DNA of 64,000 nt from Candidatus Babeliales bacterium (GTDB lineage Bacteria; Babelota; Babeliae; Babelales; JANWKD01). Under the pieces are notes generated by a model that saw only the letters and a program-made list of their open reading frames with translations, searched no databases and had not been told where the DNA came from. The stretch covers positions 352,001-416,000 of the forward strand of contig CAVXJH010000006.1 of assembly GCA_963762115.1 (NCBI GenBank). Direction: 5' to 3'. The translations under genes and the position numbers were made by a program. Shown piece by piece: positions 8,711 to 17,885 of this stretch (its first letter is position 1; each line of letters starts with the position of its first letter).

Positions 8711-9607
8711 ATGAAAAAAATATTTATTGTATTAGCGTTTATTTTTTGTAGTGTGTTGCGTGGTATGGAAGAACCCCCTGAGGACTATGATAAAAGAAAA
8801 TTAAATGAAGAAATGGCTTTGTTTGATCAAGCGATGTTGTTATTACAAGGCCAAAACGGAGTTTCAAATAATATTGATGATGATGAGTTATTTTTAACTG
8901 AAGCTGATTTAGTTGACGTATTATATCCAAATATTCCGGAGCCGGATACTGAAGCTTCAAGCAGGGGATTAAAAAGAAGCTTCGAAACGATGATTGATAA
9001 TGAACATGAGAAGGGTCAAAATTTTGATAATCATAAAAATCAAATGGTAGAATGGAAGGGTCTCGATAAAAAAGAATGTTCTTTGTGTAGTAAAATTATA
9101 CCTATGCGGAGCTATCAAAAACCGCATGAACTGTGGCATAGGAGGCGAACTAATGTTTCAGAAAGTGATGGACTTAGATGTGATGCATGTAAATATGTAT
9201 TTGGATCTAGGAATGGTTTTAATTCTCATTATAAGTCAGATGTTCATTACGACGTAATTTCCTATAGAGGATCAGAGGTTGGATCTATTTCTCGTGAGAA
9301 TGAGAGTTATTTTGAGATCAGCGATGTAAATGCTGTGCAGGCCAATCAAGAGAGCCTTCATGAAGAAAAAAAATGTCAATTTTGTTCAGCTTCCATTCAA
9401 TCTTTAGATCATTTAAAAAAGCATTTTAAAGATTCTCATGCAAAAGAAAGATCGTGCCCTATCTGTGGTTGGAAAGTGAAACAATTAATGATTTTGGCAA
9501 AACACTTATTTGAAGATAAGCATGAAGAAAAAGAATGTTATAATTGCAGTCAAGTGTTTTTGAGTCGACCAGCACTTAATCAACATAACAAGCATTGTTT
9601 AGAATGA
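8711..9607 (+). CDS. Secreted five-finger C2H2/C2HC zinc-finger protein, second subfamily
   Basis: Signal peptide ...VLRG|ME; five CxxC...H..H/C motifs including FxSRxALNQH-type helix. Confidence 0.88.
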   Translation: MKKIFIVLAFIFCSVLRGMEEPPEDYDKRKLNEEMALFDQAMLLLQGQNGVSNNIDDDELFLTEADLVDVLYPNIPEPDTEASSRGLKRSFETMIDNEHEKGQNFDNHKNQMVEWKGLDKKECSLCSKIIPMRSYQKPHELWHRRRTNVSESDGLRCDACKYVFGSRNGFNSHYKSDVHYDVISYRGSEVGSISRENESYFEISDVNAVQANQESLHEEKKCQFCSASIQSLDHLKKHFKDSHAKERSCPICGWKVKQLMILAKHLFEDKHEEKECYNCSQVFLSRPALNQHNKHCLE

Positions 9608-9614
9608 AAACTAT

Positions 9615-9648
9615 AAAAAAATCCCTCCAACTTAGATAAGCTGAAGGG
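9615..9648 (-). terminator. Intrinsic terminator on the minus strand
   Basis: Minus strand CCCTTCAGCTT-ATCT-AAGTTGGAGGG-ATTTTTTT; 11-bp stem with two G.U pairs that form only on this strand. Confidence 0.75.
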
Positions 9649-9722
9649 TTAGGGGGTGAACAATACAAAAAGAATGAGTATTGTTCATTTAGGGACATTT
9701 TATATCAAAATTTATTAAAGTC
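9615..9722 (-). ncRNA. Candidate ~110-nt small RNA convergent with the zinc-finger array
   Basis: Bounded by a sigma70-type promoter and a terminator; internal 10-bp hairpin (9657-9666/9678-9687); C-rich single-stranded motifs; no ORF with an RBS. Confidence 0.55.
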
Positions 9723-9728
9723 AGGCAA

Positions 9729-9757
9729 ATCCTAACAACCCCTTAGTGCATTGTCAA
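9729..9757 (-). promoter_or_regulatory. sigma70-type promoter with extended -10
   Basis: Minus strand TTGACA-17 nt-TAGGAT, preceded by TGn. Confidence 0.65.
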
Positions 9758-9864
9758 GAAATTTTTATTTGGTGTTGATTAGATTGAGGGATAAAGGGGG
9801 CCTTTTGTCATGGTAATTTTGGTATGATATACTCATATAAAGTTACTCATGTTTGGAGGTCCTT

Positions 9865-11148
9865 ATGTATACTATTCGCGCTCTTGTTTTTACCTTATTT
9901 ATTACTCTTTTTCAAAGTTCTTCTCCTGAAGTTCATGCTTCCCATAGAGTAAAAAAGTTAATACCAACGTTATTGACTTCTTTGCCGAAAAAGAGTCAAA
10001 AAAATAGTTCCGAAGTTACGCTAGAACAATTTAAGCAGGCTATTGTTGAATATGCTCATTGTTCAAAAAAAGAACTATTATTTAACCCATGGTTATGTGA
10101 TAAAAATCCATGCAATGAATCTTTTTTTACGCTAACGATGCCCGCTTCTTTTACGCCATTTGCGCAAAAAGTAGTCGTTCCTAGCGGCAGTAAAGTAGCT
10201 TTTTTCGGGGATTTACATGGTAATATTGATTCAGTAGTGAAAATTTTAACGTTTCTTAAAAAAAATGCCTATCTTGATGACAATCTAAAAATTATCAAAA
10301 AAGATTTTTATATGATGTTTCTTGGTGACTATGTTGATCGTGGGTCTCATGGCGTTGAGGTTATGTACTTGTTATTATCATTAAAAATTGCAAATCCAAA
10401 CAATGTTTTTTTAGTACGTGGTAACCATGAAGATCGCTTATTAAATACTGTTTACGGTTTCAGAAATGAACTTCGTTCAAAATATCCGCTTATGCAGCAT
10501 GATGAAATTGAAAGTGTTTTTCGCTGTTATGATTTTATGCCTACCGTTATTTTCTTGGGTTCTGGTGCTAGCAATGACTTTATTCAATGTTGTCATGGCG
10601 GTATGGAAATTGGCTATTGTGCTAAAGAATTATTAAATATGCCTTATTCGATTGCCTATCAAGCGTTGGGCACTATTTCACGTATTGAATCAGTGCGAGA
10701 GCTTCCTGGTGGGTTGAAACAAGAAGTGCTTAAAAAAATTCCACAAAAAGAGATTGCTAATTTCATGCCAACACAACCGACGCAGCCAGTTACTCTTGGT
10801 TTTATGTGGAACGACTTTATAGAACAATCAGAAAATTATAGTTCTGCGCTTATTGATTATAGTAACGGGCGTGGATGGATTTATGGTAAACAATTAACAG
10901 CACTTTTACTTGCAAAAAATAGTTCAAAAAATGCTCGAATTCGCGCTGTCTTTAGAGCTCATCAACATCATGGTGGCATGCTCAAATTATTACAGCAAGA
11001 AAAAGGTATTGTAAAATTGTGGAATGGTATGGTGCATACTTTTCTAACAGCTTCGTTGCCAAATGTCGATTTTGCACATACCTCATTGGGAATTTTAACA
11101 ACAGCAGATCAGTATCAAAATTGGTCATTGGAACATAGTATTCTTTAA
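9865..11148 (+). CDS. Exported PPP-family Ser/Thr protein phosphatase (metallophosphoesterase)
   Basis: GDLHG, GDYVDRG, RGNHE, HGG, MWNDF, RAHQ motifs; N-terminal signal peptide; GGAGG RBS before ATG 9865. Confidence 0.85.
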   Translation: MYTIRALVFTLFITLFQSSSPEVHASHRVKKLIPTLLTSLPKKSQKNSSEVTLEQFKQAIVEYAHCSKKELLFNPWLCDKNPCNESFFTLTMPASFTPFAQKVVVPSGSKVAFFGDLHGNIDSVVKILTFLKKNAYLDDNLKIIKKDFYMMFLGDYVDRGSHGVEVMYLLLSLKIANPNNVFLVRGNHEDRLLNTVYGFRNELRSKYPLMQHDEIESVFRCYDFMPTVIFLGSGASNDFIQCCHGGMEIGYCAKELLNMPYSIAYQALGTISRIESVRELPGGLKQEVLKKIPQKEIANFMPTQPTQPVTLGFMWNDFIEQSENYSSALIDYSNGRGWIYGKQLTALLLAKNSSKNARIRAVFRAHQHHGGMLKLLQQEKGIVKLWNGMVHTFLTASLPNVDFAHTSLGILTTADQYQNWSLEHSIL

Positions 11149-11236
11149 GTTTCTGTACTCTTATTATTATTTTTTGCTATCTTCTTGAACAGATTAATAA
11201 TTATTGCTGTATGCTATTTATCTGGTGAGAGAGATT

Positions 11237-12220
11237 ATGAAGATGCTTTTTTTTGAAGTTGATGAAAAACAAGAATTATATTTTAAAAAAGCATTTCCGC
11301 ATGATGAGCTTTATTTTTATACAAATCCTTTAACAGCCAAAACAATTCCTGCTCATCAAGCTGATGCGCAGGTGATTTCTATTTTTGTGCATTCGCACAC
11401 AACAAAAACAATCTTAGATCAATTTCCCAAACTTGCCTTGTTGCTTACAAGAACAACGGGATTTGATCATATCGATTGCGTAGCTGCAAAAGAGAGAAAT
11501 ATTTGTGTGTATGCGTTGCCAACCTATGCAACACAAGCGGTTGCAGAATATACTTTTGCATTACTCTTAGCATTATTAAAAAAAATAGTAGTTGCTTGTA
11601 AAAAAAATGAAGAACATGATTATGATCTTTTGCAAGGCACAGAATTGGCAGGCAAGACTATAGGCATTATTGGGCTAGGCATGATTGGAACAGCAGTTGC
11701 GCGTATTGCAAATGGTTTTTCAATGAAAGTGATTGCTTATGATCCATGTTGTAGTTCATCTGAAGTGCCCGTTTCTTTTGTCTCATTAGGTGATCTGCTG
11801 CAGCAAGCCGATGTTGTCAGTTTGCATGTTCCTCTTAATGCTACGACAAAACATATGCTAAATCGTGAATCAATGAAACAATGTAAGCAAGGATCATATC
11901 TCATTAACACAGCGCGTGGTGGTGTTATTGAAACAGCGGCGTTAATTGAATTGTTAGAAAATAACACCTTAGCAGGTGTTGCGCTGGATGTTCTTGAAGA
12001 AGAATTTTTTACTCATCATATTTTAGCATTATTGCGATCTGCTGAGTCAACCGGAGAAGAATGCAAAGTAGTTATGGAAAATATGTATCTTATGCAACAT
12101 CCGCGAGTAATTATTTCTCCTCATAATGCTTTTAATTCAACAGAGGCGTTGGATCGCTCAATGAAGGAAACGGTTGAGCGTATTGAAGCATGGAAAAAAA
12201 ACAGAGAAACTATTTCATAG
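11237..12220 (+). CDS. D-isomer-specific 2-hydroxyacid dehydrogenase (D-lactate dehydrogenase-like)
   Basis: TGFDHID, GIIGLGMIG, SLHVPL, INTARG, LDVLEEE, SPHNAF motifs. Start codon uncertain (ORF opens at 11204). Confidence 0.9.
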   Translation: MKMLFFEVDEKQELYFKKAFPHDELYFYTNPLTAKTIPAHQADAQVISIFVHSHTTKTILDQFPKLALLLTRTTGFDHIDCVAAKERNICVYALPTYATQAVAEYTFALLLALLKKIVVACKKNEEHDYDLLQGTELAGKTIGIIGLGMIGTAVARIANGFSMKVIAYDPCCSSSEVPVSFVSLGDLLQQADVVSLHVPLNATTKHMLNRESMKQCKQGSYLINTARGGVIETAALIELLENNTLAGVALDVLEEEFFTHHILALLRSAESTGEECKVVMENMYLMQHPRVIISPHNAFNSTEALDRSMKETVERIEAWKKNRETIS

Positions 12221-12314
12221 TATGGCATCAGGGGAACAGTGGCTTTTTACTGTTGCTATAACAGCACCTATTATTTCCTGGAAAGAGGTTAGAAAATATA
12301 TTTTAAGAAAATTA

Positions 12315-12344
12315 TTGACAATCTGAAACTAAAAGTGTTAACCT
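12315..12344 (+). promoter_or_regulatory. Putative promoter of the tmRNA-like RNA
   Basis: TTGACA (12315-12320), 18 nt, TG-n-TAACCT (12339-12344). Confidence 0.55.
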
Positions 12345-12350
12345 GAGAGT

Positions 12351-12682
12351 AAGATGGTAGAGAAATCTACTACTCTTGACCAATGGAGGTCAAAAAGCTT
12401 TCCCAAGAATGTTTAAGAAAGCATGCCGAAGTTTGTTCAATTCTTCGTAAAAAAAACAAGCAAATCAGCTAAACGATTATTCTACTAATTTAAGCTGGTT
12501 TGAAGAAAAGTAGAATATTCACGGAAGGTTAACATAGTTTTGTACCGTGAATGTAAAAAACAAATTATGTGGAATATACCCGATCTCGTCTTTAGGAGGT
12601 ATATGGCAATTAAAGACTAAGCATGTAGAGCCTTAAGCATTTTGATGGGGAGAGAAATCTCGTCAAACTATTCTTATCTCAT
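12351..12682 (+). ncRNA. ssrA: tmRNA-like RNA with degenerate tRNA-like domain
   Basis: GCATGCCGA (12421) and CTAAGCATGTAG (12617) helix 2 hallmarks; pk1 CGAAG/CTTCG + TTGTT/AACAA; hairpin TATTCTACT/AGTAGAATA; pseudoknots ATTCACGG/CCGTGAAT + ACATAGTTT/AAATTATGT and ATATACC/GGTATAT + GTCTTTA/TAAAGAC; AATGTTTAAG/CTTAAGCATT. Ends approximate. Confidence 0.72.
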
Positions 12683-12772
12683 ACTTCATTTTAATCTAAA
12701 AAAAAGTGTATAATTATCATATCTGTTCATATTATATTTATATTTTACTATTTTTAGTTCAAAAGGCTTTGG

Positions 12773-13138
12773 ATGAGAAAAAAAATTATTTCAATAATAT
12801 TGTTTTTATCGGTGTTTGGGTGCATGAACCTTTTTGCGGGAAAAACTAGAAAAGCTCCAGCAATTCAGTGGAGAGAGCATACAACAAAAAATTGTAAGCC
12901 GCCATCCAGACAGAAGATGGATAAAAATTCTCCTGTACATCAAAAATCTAATTGCTCTTGTTGTGAAGGAGCTTTTGCTATTATGGGTGGTTTTTTGGGG
13001 GGTGCAGCAGGTTGTTGTTTTGCAGCCCATGAAAGCGCACCAAATATTATTGCCTTAACTACTACTTGTGGGTGTGCAGGTGCGTGTCTTGGCGTTGCTC
13101 TTGTTCAGAGAATTGACGGAAAAAAGAAAAATAATTGA
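12773..13138 (+). CDS. Small exported/membrane protein, Cys/Gly-rich hydrophobic C-terminus
   Basis: Signal peptide; two small-residue hydrophobic segments with Cys clusters. Confidence 0.7.
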   Translation: MRKKIISIILFLSVFGCMNLFAGKTRKAPAIQWREHTTKNCKPPSRQKMDKNSPVHQKSNCSCCEGAFAIMGGFLGGAAGCCFAAHESAPNIIALTTTCGCAGACLGVALVQRIDGKKKNN

Positions 13139-13295
13139 TTTTTTTTCATAAAAAATTTTCATGATTCCTTTTTTATTAATAATAAAAAACCATTTTCGTT
13201 ATTGAAGATGGTTTTTTTGTTTGTTTGACGCTTTTTGATAAAGAGGTAAACTACGTTTATGTATAAAATAGATAAGATTATTTAGAAAGGTGAGT

Positions 13296-13898
13296 ATGAA
13301 AAAATTAGCTTTGGCATTAGTTTGTGCCTTTAGTATGAATAACGCTTTTGCAGCAGACGTAAATAAAAGTGCTGCAATAACCCCAAACTTAAAACTTCCT
13401 GAGCAAGGTGCCAAAGTAGGTTTTGTTGATCCTTATAAAGTTATGCAAGGTCTTGATCAAGGAAAAGATGAAGGCATGAAAATACAGAAGGAATTACAAG
13501 GTAAAGGTGAACAAATTGAAGCAAAAAAAACTGCTTATACTACTAAGATGAATGCATTGCAAAGTATGGGAAATACTGCAAAGCCGGAAGTTGTTACAGC
13601 AAAAAGCGTAGAATTAAAGCAGTTAGAAATAGAAATAAATGCTTTGACGCAGGCATTGCAAGAACGTGCTGAACGTGTTTCACAAGAAGCGCAAATGGCC
13701 ATATTCAAAGAAATTGAAGCAACAGCACAAGAAATTGCTTTTGAAAAAGGACTTGATATTGTGTTGGCAGGCGGCGTGTTATTTGTTTCTGAAAAACTTG
13801 ATATTTCAACTGAAGTGGTAACAAAAATGAATGCCAAATATGCACAGAAGAAAAAACAAGATCAAAAAACAGCATCTGCAAAAACCATTACAAAATAA
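13296..13898 (+). CDS. skp: OmpH/Skp periplasmic chaperone
   Basis: Signal peptide, KVGFVD motif, long helical coiled coil, GLDIVL...DISTEV C-terminus. Confidence 0.82.
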   Translation: MKKLALALVCAFSMNNAFAADVNKSAAITPNLKLPEQGAKVGFVDPYKVMQGLDQGKDEGMKIQKELQGKGEQIEAKKTAYTTKMNALQSMGNTAKPEVVTAKSVELKQLEIEINALTQALQERAERVSQEAQMAIFKEIEATAQEIAFEKGLDIVLAGGVLFVSEKLDISTEVVTKMNAKYAQKKKQDQKTASAKTITK

Positions 13899-13901
13899 AG
13901 T

Positions 13902-14450
13902 ATGAATACTGCTGAGCAAAAAATATCGCTACGTGCCATTATTGGCTTAGGAAATCCTGGAGAAAAATATGTGTATACACGGCACAATATCGGGTTTCGC
14001 GTAATTGATGCATTAGCAGAATTTCATCACGTTGAATTTAAAAAAAATGATCATATGTTATTGAGCACCATTGATTGTAATGGTGCCCAAATCTTTTTGA
14101 TAAAGCCGCAAACATTCATGAATGAATCTGGCAAAGTGATATCCTTCTTACAAAAAAAAGGTATCACCGCTGATCAAATTTTGGTCGTGCATGATGAACT
14201 AGAATTGCCCTTTGGTGAGGTTAAATTTAAAACAGGCGGCAGTGCAAAAGGGCATAATGGTTTGAAATCAATCATACAATTTTTGGGTGCTGATTTTCAT
14301 CGATTACGTGTTGGTATAGGGCGACCAATTCATAAAGAAGAGGTTCCTGATTATGTTCTTCAAAAATTTAAAGAATCTGAAATATCAGTGCAAGAGGTAG
14401 TTGATCGTTGCGTTACTCTTGTGGAACATATTCTTGCTCCCAACCATTAA
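13902..14450 (+). CDS. pth: Peptidyl-tRNA hydrolase
   Basis: GLGNPG, TRHNIGF, KPQTFMNESG, VHDEL, GHNGLKS, RLRVGIGRP. Confidence 0.96.
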   Translation: MNTAEQKISLRAIIGLGNPGEKYVYTRHNIGFRVIDALAEFHHVEFKKNDHMLLSTIDCNGAQIFLIKPQTFMNESGKVISFLQKKGITADQILVVHDELELPFGEVKFKTGGSAKGHNGLKSIIQFLGADFHRLRVGIGRPIHKEEVPDYVLQKFKESEISVQEVVDRCVTLVEHILAPNH

Positions 14451-14497
14451 ATTTCGCTATTGTATAATGAGTGGGGAAGGTTTTAAAGGGATGTGTT

Positions 14498-15463
14498 ATG
14501 AAGCAAAATAAAAAAAATATATGTTTTCTTTTCGTTTTGATTGTGTTTGACTGTTTTGCGGTGAAAGAGCAGAATGAGCAAACTTCTTTTTTTTCATATC
14601 TTTCTCATCCCACTACTTTATTGTGTACTGGTCTCGCATCATTAGGTGGTTATTGTCTCTATAATAAAGAATCTTCTGCATATGCATATGAATGGCTTAA
14701 GCAACGTTTTGATGAAACGCCAACTATAATAAAATGTACTGGCATTGGGTTAGGATTTATAAGTTGTTATGCCTATTTTTATAACAAAAAGCATGCTGTT
14801 CCTGCTGTGCCTAGAAAAAAAATTAAAAAAATGCGTAGTCAACTATCGAAATTAAAAGTAAATAATGAAGAATTAAAACTACAATTGGATAGTTTTATAG
14901 ATACTTCTGCTATTGAAACTGTAGCTTGGAAGCGTAAATTTCAATTAGCTTTAGAAGAAAATACTGGGCTAAAAGATCGTTTAGTTCTTTTAGAAAAAAA
15001 TGATGCTGAAAATCAAGAACACAAAAGAGATCTTAAAAAATATTTTGAAGAAAATGGTATAGAATTATTTAATGAAAAAAATAAAGATGAACTCATTACG
15101 AAACCTGAAGCTTTAAAAAATAAAGACCAATTCGAACCAATGGAACATATAACATTTCCAAAAGCAACGTGGGTTAATTGGGGAAATAGATTGCGCAATT
15201 TAGAGATTATTGTTTTAGGAGATGAAACTAATGAGCATTCATTTAGTATTGAAGCTCCATTGCGTCCAAGTAGGTTTGATAGTTTTGAGCAACAATTAGT
15301 AGAACATAAGGTAAGGTTAGATGCTATGCAACACAGTACTATGGAAATTAAGTTAAAACTTGCGCCACTACTAAAAACTGCACAATCGGTAAAAGAAAGA
15401 CCGTTACCATTGTCACCGAATAAAAAAGGTGATGAGGGCGATGAGGGTGAAAAATATAATTGA
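14498..15463 (+). CDS. Hypothetical exported/membrane coiled-coil protein
   Basis: Signal peptide, two related hydrophobic segments (CTGLxxLG..Y), heptad-rich C-terminal half. Confidence 0.7.
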   Translation: MKQNKKNICFLFVLIVFDCFAVKEQNEQTSFFSYLSHPTTLLCTGLASLGGYCLYNKESSAYAYEWLKQRFDETPTIIKCTGIGLGFISCYAYFYNKKHAVPAVPRKKIKKMRSQLSKLKVNNEELKLQLDSFIDTSAIETVAWKRKFQLALEENTGLKDRLVLLEKNDAENQEHKRDLKKYFEENGIELFNEKNKDELITKPEALKNKDQFEPMEHITFPKATWVNWGNRLRNLEIIVLGDETNEHSFSIEAPLRPSRFDSFEQQLVEHKVRLDAMQHSTMEIKLKLAPLLKTAQSVKERPLPLSPNKKGDEGDEGEKYN

Positions 15464-15464
15464 T

Positions 15465-15707
15465 TTAACTTGTTAAAATAATGGTAGCTTCTTGGCGGGT
15501 GATATGCAAAATGCCGCCTCCTTCAATAAGCATGGATTCCTCTTTACCATTTTGCAGGCAATATATGATAGGTTGTTGCGATGCAAGAAGAAGAATCATT
15601 GGTGCATGACCGCGTTGCATAACAAAATTGCCAACAGAACTATTAACTTCTAGCCAAGCAACTTCAAATGTTTGCTTGTCTGTGGTACTTACTAACGTGA
15701 GCTTCAT
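15465..15707 (-). CDS. atpC: ATP synthase F1 epsilon subunit (short, N-terminal domain only)
   Basis: G..GHAPM motif; immediately downstream of atpD. Confidence 0.8.
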   Translation of the reverse strand: MKLTLVSTTDKQTFEVAWLEVNSSVGNFVMQRGHAPMILLLASQQPIIYCLQNGKEESMLIEGGGILHITRQEATIILTS

Positions 15708-15713
15708 AGTACA

Positions 15714-17198
<1,485 letters not shown>

Positions 17199-17297
17199 TT
17201 AATCTTTATTTTTTAATGCTAAATGAAGAGTTGGCAATTGTAAAGAATTTTTGTGCATTGATCGAGTTTTTTTATAATAATCAATAAAATAATCCGT

Positions 17298-17687
17298 CTA
17301 TATTAAAGGATCAATGATAGTACCTTTTTTATTGACTAATTGTTTGTTTTCATATGACAGTTTTCCGGTGAGATTAACTGCATCATAACATACATGGTTG
17401 ACAAAAAAGTAACGGCCTTCTTGTTCAATGTTGATTTCTTCTGGTGCAATTATAACTAATGCATTGGTAATTCTAGTTTTTAAAGATCGACGTCGTTTTT
17501 TTGTCATTTGCGTACTATTAGGATCGAAAGCGAGTATTTCTAAAAGAGAAGATCCTACGCTGGTAAAGAAGCTTAAAATAACTTGAGTAGCGCTTGGAGA
17601 TAATTGTTCAGAAGTTTTTTGCATGCTGTGAGCACAAAAACTAAAAAATAAAAGGAAGGTGAGTGAAATATGAGATGTTGTTTTCAT
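17298..17687 (-). CDS. Hypothetical secreted protein
   Basis: Signal peptide ...AHS|MQ; TKKRRR basic patch. Confidence 0.65.
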   Translation of the reverse strand: MKTTSHISLTFLLFFSFCAHSMQKTSEQLSPSATQVILSFFTSVGSSLLEILAFDPNSTQMTKKRRRSLKTRITNALVIIAPEEINIEQEGRYFFVNHVCYDAVNLTGKLSYENKQLVNKKGTIIDPLI

Positions 17688-17885
17688 GGTAAAAATCCCT
17701 TTTTTTGAGAATTAGTAAGTAAATCCTCTTGTTAGTGTACTAAAATTATTATCGATTATTGAAGCAAATAATTGTTGTTCTGTTTTTTTATTTCTAAAGA
17801 AATTATTATCAGAATGCAAAAAAATATATTTTTCTTTATACTGAGGCCAAAATATGTTTTGTGCTCAAATTTAAGCTTGAGGTTT

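Noticed and set aside
194..8960. Recurrent antisense and alternate-frame ORFs in the array (e.g. MLVFDTTGSL...)
   Set aside because: They recur only because the sense genes are paralogous; no RBS or domain signal.
1..9607. Diversity-generating retroelement driving finger variation
   Set aside because: No reverse transcriptase or template repeat in the window; differences include indels and block swaps and do not look adenine-specific by eye.
9580..9698. Short minus-strand ORF (MSLNEQYS...) inside the candidate sRNA
   Set aside because: No RBS, and it reads through the terminator.
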